From Candidatus Latescibacterota bacterium (GTDB taxonomy: Bacteria; Latescibacterota; UBA2968; UBA8231), in contig OY730476.1 in assembly GCA_963422735.1 (NCBI GenBank), forward strand, positions 2,400,001 to 2,464,000: 64,000 bases of DNA, in the 5' to 3' direction. A program made the position numbers and the translations under genes. The notes below the pieces were generated by a model. The model was not told the DNA's origin. It did not search any database and saw only the letters and a program-made list of their open reading frames with translations. Shown piece by piece: positions 26,841 through 35,072 of this stretch. The stretch's first letter is position 1; every line of letters starts with the position of its first letter.

Positions 26841-28874
26841 ATGCGCCGTGCCATAATCATCCTATTCATCCTAATTTTAGCGCAAAGTGCCACCGCCCAG
26901 ATCGCCCACTGGCAGCTAGGCGGTAGTGGCCTGTCTTGGAGCGAAAACGACACGACCCGCCTCTTCGTCGATTTTGCAACTACCCCCGGTGCCATCCAGC
27001 CGACGCACTTCACGCTGGATGAGACGGTTTTTTCCCACATCGACAATTGGACCTTCTGGCGCGACCCCAGCGACCGCGTCTTAGATTACCTAGACGGCGA
27101 AACTCCCCGGATGTGGAAGTGGAACCACGGCGTGCCCGACCCGTCGGAAAACGGCTCTTGGCTCATTGATGGCAACTCTATCACCTATAATCCGCCCAAA
27201 GCCGACCGCATTGAAAAGGAAACCTTCACCATGGATTTGGCCGTTTTGGTGCCGGCGGTGGCCTTCGGCTTTATCCCGCCTAGCGAGGGCTTTCGCTCCG
27301 ACGGAACCCCGCTGGCAACGGACTTCGTTCCCGCCTTTCAGGTGACCGCCTCGGTCGCGCCCGAACCCCCAGTCCTCGAAGGCAATGTCAACCCGCTCTC
27401 CACTGTCATCGCCGACATCAACTCCAATTTCGAACCCAGTGTGCGCATCGACTTCGCCCGTCAGTACCTGCGCTTCTTCCGCTACCGCCGGACGCTCTCG
27501 CTACTAGACGAGGACGCCCAAGCCAAGAGCGGCAACGTAGCCATCGCCCTGATCGGCTCTATCAGCGAATTCCAGCTCTTTGCCCAAGGGGTGCCACAGC
27601 GGGCCATCTACAAGACCAAGGTAATCCACCTCGGCGAACCCGTGAACTTTGGACGGCTATTCTGGCAGGCCACGAAGTTCCGCATGGTTGATGGGATCCC
27701 GGTGGAAACTCCCGACGCGACGGCCCAAGTCAAGGTCGAGGTGCGCACCGGCCTAGACGACGACCCGGCGGTCTATCACGAGTACATGGACACCGGGCTC
27801 GAACGCGTGGTCTCGCGCGATCACTACGAAAACGCACTGCGCACTCGTTTCGTGCGCATCACCGCCGCGTCCGACCTGAGCGAACGCCAGCCCAAGCCGG
27901 GAGTTCGCGCGTCCATCGGCTACGATTCAGACCATTGGACTTTCTGGTCGGCACCCTTCGTTGAATCGGGCCAACCGATCAACCTGCGCAACGGCACCTA
28001 TTTGCAGTTCCGCGTCACCATGGAGAGCGATTCCTTCGACGACTTCGTGCGCCTCGACTCGTTGTGGATCGAGACCGCCCCGCTGTTGGCCGCCAACGTG
28101 CGCGGCGAGGTGGCCCCCCGATACGACCTGCAGCCCGTCGGCGGGATTACCCAGGTCCCCCTCGGCGAAGCAATAGAATTCGTCTATGACCTCCAAGCCG
28201 ACTTTGAGGCGGTTGATGCACCCGGCTTCGACCTGTTGCGCATTCGCACCGGGCATCAAACCGAACTCAAAAGCCTGCAACTAGGCGAGGCCCGCACGGA
28301 AACTGCGCCCGCCGCGGTCATCCAAGAGCCCGAGGGCCTGCTCATCCACCTGCCCGATCGCATCACTCGCGCCAACAACCCGCCGATCCGCATCGTCTTT
28401 GGGACGGAGATATTTGAATTCGCTACCACCTTCCAGAGCGAGGTCCTAGACAGCGAACGAGACGTTCTTCCTCAACCTGTAGTCGGTGCCGATATCGGCG
28501 AAGCCATCTCGACCAACAGCCTGCGCGTACTCGGCACCACCGAGCAAAAAACCGCCTTCATCCAGAACCTAACCTTTTCCTCTCGGGTCTTTTCGCCCAA
28601 CGGCGACGGCATCAACGACGAACTGCACGTGGCCTATTCGCTATTTCGCTTGCCCGAAGCCGTGCCCGTCGTCCTCGTCGTCTATAGCCTCAATGGCCGG
28701 CGCGTGGCCCTCGTCGAGGCCGGCTTGCAGAACGCTGGGCCGCAGAGCCTGCGCTGGGACGGCCGCGATGAAACGGGTCGGCGGCTGCCGCCCGGCCTCT
28801 ACCTGACGGCCTTAGACCTGCGCTCGGAATTTGCCACTGATCCCCAGCTCCGTCCTTTGGGCATCGCGTACTAA
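26841..28874 (+). CDS. Secreted protein 'A' with C-terminal CHU_C-like (FSPNGDG.ND)/FlgD-Ig tail
   Basis: Signal peptide 'MRRAIIILFILILAQSATA'. C-terminus 'VFSPNGDGINDEL...WDGRDETGRRLPPGLY...LGIAY'. Confidence 0.85.
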   Translation: MRRAIIILFILILAQSATAQIAHWQLGGSGLSWSENDTTRLFVDFATTPGAIQPTHFTLDETVFSHIDNWTFWRDPSDRVLDYLDGETPRMWKWNHGVPDPSENGSWLIDGNSITYNPPKADRIEKETFTMDLAVLVPAVAFGFIPPSEGFRSDGTPLATDFVPAFQVTASVAPEPPVLEGNVNPLSTVIADINSNFEPSVRIDFARQYLRFFRYRRTLSLLDEDAQAKSGNVAIALIGSISEFQLFAQGVPQRAIYKTKVIHLGEPVNFGRLFWQATKFRMVDGIPVETPDATAQVKVEVRTGLDDDPAVYHEYMDTGLERVVSRDHYENALRTRFVRITAASDLSERQPKPGVRASIGYDSDHWTFWSAPFVESGQPINLRNGTYLQFRVTMESDSFDDFVRLDSLWIETAPLLAANVRGEVAPRYDLQPVGGITQVPLGEAIEFVYDLQADFEAVDAPGFDLLRIRTGHQTELKSLQLGEARTETAPAAVIQEPEGLLIHLPDRITRANNPPIRIVFGTEIFEFATTFQSEVLDSERDVLPQPVVGADIGEAISTNSLRVLGTTEQKTAFIQNLTFSSRVFSPNGDGINDELHVAYSLFRLPEAVPVVLVVYSLNGRRVALVEAGLQNAGPQSLRWDGRDETGRRLPPGLYLTALDLRSEFATDPQLRPLGIAY

Positions 28875-28885
28875 GTGAGGATCCA

Positions 28886-31237
28886 ATGAGACGCGCAATC
28901 ATCGCCTGTCTCGCACTGGCCGCCCCGCTCGCAGCGGATATGCTCTCCTTCGACGGTGCCGAGGAATGGGCCCAGTGGCAACAGCCCTTAGGCTTGATCC
29001 AAATCGGAGAGCAGGGCCAGCTCACGCTCGTCAAATTCCGCAAGGACATCAACCTCGTCGAGGATGCACACCGCTTCACCCACGAGACCCGTACCAGAGG
29101 CGACGCCGTCGCCGGTGGTCTCTGGCAAGCCGGCTCCAACCCGGACGACGCTCCGCTGGCCATCGACGGCGATCCAACGACCTATTGGCAACCTAGTCCG
29201 GACGACGCCCGCGAGGACTGGTTTATCACCATCGACTTAGGCCGCGCGGCCCTCGCCCGCGAGATTCGCCTGAAATTCCCCGACCAAGAGGGTGTGCGCC
29301 CATTCCGCCAATTTCGCGTCTTCACCACCTCTGGCGTACGCATCTCGGCCACTGAAGATCTCTTCCTCTACCGCCAAGTTTTCCGCACCACGCGCCCCAA
29401 CGCCGAATCCGAAATCGCCATCCCGCTCCGCTACGCCGGTCGCGACAGCGCACTCGTAATTGACCCTGACTTGGATTTAACGCCTGAAGAGCGCAATCAC
29501 TACCGGTTGATCCAGTACATCCAGATCGTTTCCGAAGAGCAAAATGAAAACGCCGCCCTCGCCGAGGTCGAGGTCTTCGGCATTGGCGACAACATTGCCA
29601 TCGGCACCAGCCAGCGCGGCAATTTTGTCGAAGGCGATGGCACCGGCTCTACCTTCAACCTATTCGACGCCAACCTCAATACCAACAATACCGTTACCGA
29701 TTGCCGCGGCGCGCTGTCGGAATGGGCCGAAGGCGGCACGTGGTTCCGCGCGGACCTAGGCGCGACATTCTTTATCGACGAGATGTTCATCTACTCCATG
29801 CAGCCAGACGAAGGCACATTGGGTTTCACCATCTCTGGCACTGGGCCGGGGCACACCCTCCTTTTTTCCGACGGCACTCCGGCCACGGGCACTGCCCCCA
29901 TCGTCGAAGTGCCCGAAAACGTCGACTACGCAGCAGTCTTCACTCACCTAGCCCCCAACGCCGACAACTTGCTTTACATGCGCTACCTGTTCGAGCCGCG
30001 CAAGGCCCGCTACCTGTTCTGGCACGGAGTTAGCTGCAGGGGATGGGGCATTGTCAAATGGGGCGAGATGCAACTGTTCTCTCCGGGTTATCCGGCCCAA
30101 GTCGAGTTGCAGTCGGCCTTTATCAACCTCGGCGAGGAAGTCGGCGATGGGCGGCCCAAAGTCATCAAGGCTCTGCACTGGGATGCCGAGCTGCCTCCGG
30201 GGACCAGAATGCAACTGCGCTCGCGCTCGGGCAACGCGCTGGCACCGGCCTATACGTTTCGCAATAAGCTCGGCGAAGAAATCACCGAAGAAAAATGGAA
30301 GAGTTCCCCCAAAGTGCTGCGCGGCGCTATCGACACTGCGCTGGTCGTCGGCGAGGATTGGGACGCTTGGAGCAATGTGTACCAGTTTTCCGGTGAGACC
30401 TTCAAATCGGCCAGCCCCCGCCGCTTCATATTGCTGGAGATGATCCTCTCCACCGAAGATCCATCTATCGCCCCGACCATCAACTCGGTCTCAGTCGAAT
30501 TCGAAAACGCCTTAGTTCAAGGCGCGCGCGGCCGTGTTACCCCCCGCGAGGCCCTTCCCAACCAAGACACGCGTTTTACCTACACTCTCTGGCCCGAGGC
30601 CGATGAACTCGACAGCGGCTTCGACCGCCTGCGCTTTACAGTACCCGAACCTGTTGACCTACAGAGCGTCTCGGTGATGGTAGGCGCAGAAAGTGTCGTT
30701 CCGGCCGCCTTGGACATGCAGGCCGACTCGCTTTTCATCGCGTTGCCGCAGGTGATCTCCGGCGACTCGCTGCAAGTGATCTTCACCACCCGCCTGCTGC
30801 AAAATGCCACCGTCTTTGCCCTCGACTTAGGATTGAGCCAATCGCCAAGCCTGTGGCAGTCGGTCGAGGCAGCCGAGCGCCGCTCCAATATCGTCATGCT
30901 GCCCGAACTAACCAGTAGCAGCCAACTCATCAACGACCTGCAACTAGCCTCTCCGACTGTAACCCCCAACGGCGACGGCATCAACGACCGGCTGGAGGTG
31001 CGATTCGTCGCCTTCAAAGTCGAGGGCACGGAGCCGAGGGTAGAAGTCTTTGACTTGGCCGGGCGCCAAGCAGCACTCCTCACCCCAAGCACCGAGGGCT
31101 CGCAACGCCTCTTCACTTGGGACGGCCGCGACGCCGACGGAGCGCGCGCCACCCCCGGCCTGTACGTCCTGCGCGTCAAACTGGGTGCCGATGCAGGCAA
31201 TGATACCGCGCTCCGCATCATCGCCATAGCCTACTAA
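28886..31237 (+). CDS. Secreted protein 'B' with discoidin (F5/8C)-like domains and CHU_C-like/FlgD-Ig tail
   Basis: Signal peptide, 'AIDGDPTTYW...WFITIDLG', and C-terminus 'VTPNGDGINDRL...WDGRDADG...PGLY...IAIAY'. Confidence 0.85.
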   Translation: MRRAIIACLALAAPLAADMLSFDGAEEWAQWQQPLGLIQIGEQGQLTLVKFRKDINLVEDAHRFTHETRTRGDAVAGGLWQAGSNPDDAPLAIDGDPTTYWQPSPDDAREDWFITIDLGRAALAREIRLKFPDQEGVRPFRQFRVFTTSGVRISATEDLFLYRQVFRTTRPNAESEIAIPLRYAGRDSALVIDPDLDLTPEERNHYRLIQYIQIVSEEQNENAALAEVEVFGIGDNIAIGTSQRGNFVEGDGTGSTFNLFDANLNTNNTVTDCRGALSEWAEGGTWFRADLGATFFIDEMFIYSMQPDEGTLGFTISGTGPGHTLLFSDGTPATGTAPIVEVPENVDYAAVFTHLAPNADNLLYMRYLFEPRKARYLFWHGVSCRGWGIVKWGEMQLFSPGYPAQVELQSAFINLGEEVGDGRPKVIKALHWDAELPPGTRMQLRSRSGNALAPAYTFRNKLGEEITEEKWKSSPKVLRGAIDTALVVGEDWDAWSNVYQFSGETFKSASPRRFILLEMILSTEDPSIAPTINSVSVEFENALVQGARGRVTPREALPNQDTRFTYTLWPEADELDSGFDRLRFTVPEPVDLQSVSVMVGAESVVPAALDMQADSLFIALPQVISGDSLQVIFTTRLLQNATVFALDLGLSQSPSLWQSVEAAERRSNIVMLPELTSSSQLINDLQLASPTVTPNGDGINDRLEVRFVAFKVEGTEPRVEVFDLAGRQAALLTPSTEGSQRLFTWDGRDADGARATPGLYVLRVKLGADAGNDTALRIIAIAY

Positions 31238-31241
31238 CAAA

Positions 31242-32363
31242 ATGACCGAACAAGCCTACGACCTGTTGGTTCGCGCCCCGCGCCTTTTTTGCGAGGATAG
31301 CGGCCTAGATGGCCCCGGCGCAGTGGCCATTCGCGGCGACCGCATTGTCGCCTCCGGTCCCGGCGTCGAGGGACCAGCCTACACCGTGCTCGACTTTCCC
31401 GACGGGCTCCTCCTCCCCGGCCTAGTCGATCTGCACACCCATCCGGCCCGCGGCCAATCGCGCTTTGGCATAGACCCGGACATTCACTTTTTGCCGCGCG
31501 GCGTCACCACTGTCATGTCCCAAGGCGATGCCGGGGCCTTGAACATAGACGATTACCGCCGCACCGTGATCGAGGCATCGCGCACCCGCGTGCTCTTGGC
31601 CATCAATCTGTGCAAACACGGCGAGACGCATCCGGTGTGCTGCTTCAACGACTTGGCCGACGCCGATGCCCAAGCCTGCGCCGACGTCATCGCCACGGAC
31701 GACCGCAGCATTTGGGGTATTGCCGTCACCGGTGGAGCCTGCGCCGATCTCGACCCACGCCCCATTATGGCCGCCGGACTAGAGGCTGCGGAATTGAGCA
31801 GCAAACCGCTGCTGGTAGGCACTCGCCTCAAACCCGACTGGCCCCGCCGCGAACAACTCGCCCTGTTGCGCCCCGGCGATGTGGTGACTTACTCCCTCAA
31901 TGCTCTGCCCGAAAACCTGATGGACGGAGACCGCATTGCCGACGATGTATGGCAGGCCTGCCAGCGCGGTGTCCTCTTCGACTTGGGACACGGCATGAAC
32001 TCCTTCAGCTTTCCCATTGCCGAGGCCACCATTGCCCAAGGGTTTCTCGTCGATACGATTTCGACCGACCAGTACAACCGCCATGTTGACAGCCGCCCTC
32101 AGCACGATCTCCCCCGCACGATGTCCAAACTCATCGCTGCCGGCATGGCCGAAGCCGATGTATTCGCCCGCGCCACCGCCCGCCCCGCCGAGGTACTAGG
32201 CCTAAAGGGCGAGGTCGGCACCTTGGCCCCGAGTGCCTGCGCCGACTTGGCGGTGCTGCGCTGGAACGAGGAGGCCCTGCCCTTGCGCGACGTCAACGGC
32301 GAGGAGCGGCCCGGTGGCTGTTGGGAGCCTGTGGCTACCATCCGCGGCGGCCAAGTGGTTTAA
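31242..32363 (+). CDS. Amidohydrolase-family metallohydrolase (dihydroorotase/deacetylase-like)
   Basis: 'PGLVDLHTH', 'GVTT...GDAG', 'FDLGHG..SFSF', 'TISTD', 'ADLAVL'. Confidence 0.9.
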   Translation: MTEQAYDLLVRAPRLFCEDSGLDGPGAVAIRGDRIVASGPGVEGPAYTVLDFPDGLLLPGLVDLHTHPARGQSRFGIDPDIHFLPRGVTTVMSQGDAGALNIDDYRRTVIEASRTRVLLAINLCKHGETHPVCCFNDLADADAQACADVIATDDRSIWGIAVTGGACADLDPRPIMAAGLEAAELSSKPLLVGTRLKPDWPRREQLALLRPGDVVTYSLNALPENLMDGDRIADDVWQACQRGVLFDLGHGMNSFSFPIAEATIAQGFLVDTISTDQYNRHVDSRPQHDLPRTMSKLIAAGMAEADVFARATARPAEVLGLKGEVGTLAPSACADLAVLRWNEEALPLRDVNGEERPGGCWEPVATIRGGQVV

Positions 32364-32392
32364 TTATGAGTTAGGAATTGTGGAGGATTTCT

Positions 32393-33292
32393 ATGACCGA
32401 CAAACTAGCGCGTGGGATCTGGCCCGCGCTCGTCACTCCGTTCACCGACGACGGCAGCGCATTGGCCCCCGCGTGCGTCGAGCCGCTCGTCAGGCACCTG
32501 ATCGAGGCTGGCTCGAACGGCTTCTTCGTCTGCGGTGGCACGGGCGAAGGGATCGCCATGAGCGTACCAGAGCGCAAAGCTATGGCCGAAGCGACCATCG
32601 CCGCGGTCGCCGGTGCCGTGCCGCTGATCTTTCAAGTCGGCGCGACATCCACGGTCAATGCGGTCGAATTGGCCCAACACGCCGCGGCCGTTGGTGCGGA
32701 CGCAGTGGCCTCGATTGCGCCGGTGGAAAAGCCCAATGACCTCCAAGCCGCGGTCGCCCACTACGCATCTATGGGTGCGGCTACCGATCTGCCCTTCTAC
32801 GTGTACTGGCTCTCCCACACCGCCGCCAAGGACGTTACAGCCGAACAGTTCCTCGAGGCCATGGAAGCCGTGCCCAACTTCAGCGGCCTCAAGTTCACCG
32901 ATAGCAACTTCTACCTCTTCCAACGCCTCGTACAGCTAGGCGGCGACCGCCTCAACCTAATCTCCGGCCCCGACGAAATCTGCCTCGGCGGCATGGTCGC
33001 CGGCAGCGACGCGGCCATTGGCTCGACCTACAACATCATGCCCAAACTGTTCGTGGAAATGAGGCAACACTTTGAAGCGAGCGATATACGGCCAGCCATG
33101 GCCCTGCAAGCGCGAGCCAACGAGGTCATCTCCACCTTGTCCCACTTTGACCTATTAGGGGCCGTCAAGGAGATTTTGACCATGCGCGGGCTGCCCGTAG
33201 GCCCTACCCGCCCGCCTCGCATCCCGTTCGACGATGCAACTCGCGCCGCGCTGTGCCGGGCACTAGACGACCTCAGCTTCGCAGTGGAATGA
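32393..33292 (+). CDS. DHDPS/N-acetylneuraminate lyase family protein
   Basis: 'ALVTPF', 'GGTGEG', Schiff-base Lys in 'GLKFTD', 'AIGSTYN'; GGAGG RBS. Confidence 0.9.
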   Translation: MTDKLARGIWPALVTPFTDDGSALAPACVEPLVRHLIEAGSNGFFVCGGTGEGIAMSVPERKAMAEATIAAVAGAVPLIFQVGATSTVNAVELAQHAAAVGADAVASIAPVEKPNDLQAAVAHYASMGAATDLPFYVYWLSHTAAKDVTAEQFLEAMEAVPNFSGLKFTDSNFYLFQRLVQLGGDRLNLISGPDEICLGGMVAGSDAAIGSTYNIMPKLFVEMRQHFEASDIRPAMALQARANEVISTLSHFDLLGAVKEILTMRGLPVGPTRPPRIPFDDATRAALCRALDDLSFAVE

Positions 33293-33897
33293 GGGCCATT
33301 TCCCTCCCGGACGGCGACCTGCGCTGCGCCCCCGACTTTTTGGCTCCTGCCGAGGCCGACCTATTCATGCGGCAACTGTTGGACGGTATTAAGTGGCAAC
33401 AGCACCACGTCGTCGTCTTTGGCCGCCAGCTTCCCGCACCGCGTCTTTCGGCGTGGCACGGGTCCGCCGAGGCCCACTACGCCTATTCGGGGCTAGCGCT
33501 GGAGCCGCGCCCGTGGACCGCACCGCTGCTAGACCTCAAGACGCGGATCGAAGCGGCCGCCGACTGTCCCTTCAACAGCGTCTTGCTCAATCAGTACCGC
33601 GACGGCCGCGACAGCATGGGCTGGCACAGCGACGACGAGCCAGAGCTAGGAGCCAACCCGACGATCGCCTCGCTGAGTTTGGGCGAGACGCGGCGCTTCA
33701 TCCTGCGGCACAAGCACCGCGACCGCTCACTGGTCGAAATCCCACTCGGGCACGGTGCGCTCCTCATCATGCGCGGCCCGACCCAAACCTACTGGCAACA
33801 TCAAGTCCCCAAGACCCGACGCCCGTGCGCCTTGCGCCTCAACCTCACCTTCCGCCGCATCGTCGCTACTCGACGACCGCCCACCGGTGTGCCTTAA
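33289..33897 (+). CDS. AlkB-family 2OG-Fe(II) dioxygenase (ALKBH2/3-like)
   Basis: 'PRLSAW', 'FNSVLLNQYRDGRDSMGWHSDDE', 'WQHQVPK', 'RLNLTFR'. Confidence 0.93.
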   Translation: MRAISLPDGDLRCAPDFLAPAEADLFMRQLLDGIKWQQHHVVVFGRQLPAPRLSAWHGSAEAHYAYSGLALEPRPWTAPLLDLKTRIEAAADCPFNSVLLNQYRDGRDSMGWHSDDEPELGANPTIASLSLGETRRFILRHKHRDRSLVEIPLGHGALLIMRGPTQTYWQHQVPKTRRPCALRLNLTFRRIVATRRPPTGVP

Positions 33898-34250
33898 TCC
33901 CCTGCCCTTGCACTGCAGCTAGCGAGACTACCCACCGCCGACACCATTCGTCGTAGTTTCTTAGCTCAGACGCGGGGTTGGACCGGTTGCGGGCCACGAA
34001 GTCGGGATGGAAGGGGCGACCGGTCGGCGTCCCCGTCTTCTGATAGCGCAAGTCCATACTCCAGCGCACGGTGGGCGTCGAGCGGTGCGGCGTCTGCTTG
34101 TCCATCAGCAACACATCGCCTTTGTCCATCGGCAAAGTGCGCGGCGCAGCCTGCGGCATTTCCTCGTCGATGATCACCATGCCTCTACGATGTCCGGGGG
34201 TGCTGGTCCGAGAAATCGACTTGGGCTATCAAGCGGCGGGCCAGTACTGA
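33866..34250 (-). pseudogene. Phytanoyl-CoA dioxygenase (PhyH)-like gene remnant
   Basis: C-terminal part 'MDKGDVLLMDKQTPHRS..VRWSMDLRYQ..G.PTGR' remains. The N-terminal HxD region is missing, and internal deletions are apparent. Confidence 0.65.
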
Positions 34251-34267
34251 CGAGCACCAGCACCGCC

Positions 34268-34377
34268 CATTGGGATGGCCGCGACCATCGCGGCGAGCAC
34301 GTCCCAGCGGCGTATATCTGTACCGCTTGCAGGCCGGGCCGGTCGTCGAGGTGTGCAAGATGGTCGTCGTTAAATAA
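34268..34377 (+). pseudogene. Frameshifted 3' stub of a FlgD-Ig/T9SS type-A CTD protein gene
   Basis: Reads HWDGRDHRGEHV, then after a frameshift SGVYLYRLQAGPVVEVCKMVVVK*. Confidence 0.75.
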
Positions 34378-34514
34378 GACAACAGCGATCTCGCAGCACC
34401 TAAATTCCGGTCAATCAGAACGCGGCCAGTGCCCTTTGTGCGTCGAACTGAAAACGAATGCGGCCTCAAGGGCCGCCCTAAAACGGATGACAGAGTAAGG
34501 TATGGAGTTATCCG

Positions 34515-34709
34515 ATGATGAATCCCAAAAGTGGAGACGTTGCACAACAACTTCCGGCAGTCGACCTGTGCGCAACGGTAGGATTGGGCTTGGGAGTTCA
34601 TAACAGCCACGGTCAACCGGCAGTTGAGAAGGGCAAAATCTACTGGACGGATGATGGTGGGATACAGATCCGACGAGCCGACCTAGACGGCTCTAAGAAG
34701 CGTTCTTAA
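34515..34709 (+). pseudogene. YWTD (LDL-receptor class B) repeat protein, truncated by MITE
   Basis: GGAG RBS, then 'KGKIYWTDDGGIQIRRADLDGS' running into the MITE end, which supplies KRS*. Confidence 0.75.
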
Positions 34710-34842
34710 AACCAAGGTTTCGGTCTCTCACTCGGCTCCAAGTATCTGGGACCCAGGGCATCTCGCTCTATGAAAAACGCTTGACGCCAAGGCCACTAAA
34801 CAGCCTCGCAAAGCAGCTCGAAGGGGATTTTAAGAACGCTTC
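34697..34842 (+). mobile_element. 146-bp MITE, copy 1 (TIR GAAGCGTTCTTAAAA; IS5-family-like)
   Basis: Perfect 15-bp TIRs, flanked by TAA / TTA. By manual alignment it matches the reverse complement of 49106-49251 at 134 of 146 positions. Confidence 0.9.
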
Positions 34843-35072
34843 TTAGACAAATCTGCTTAAGTCAAGATAAAATTTGCATTTGCTCGAAGTCTTTTTATAT
34901 ACTGGTAGAAACCTAAAATTGGCCGGTACAAAGGCTTACATACAACATAGAGTAATGAGTTTCGCCCATATTCCCATTTGGAGAAGGGAGGTGGCAATAG
35001 CAAAATTGGGAAAAACGAAGTTTCGCAGAAGTACTCCGCTTTCATCAGTTATACCAGCTTGGAGAGTGCATT

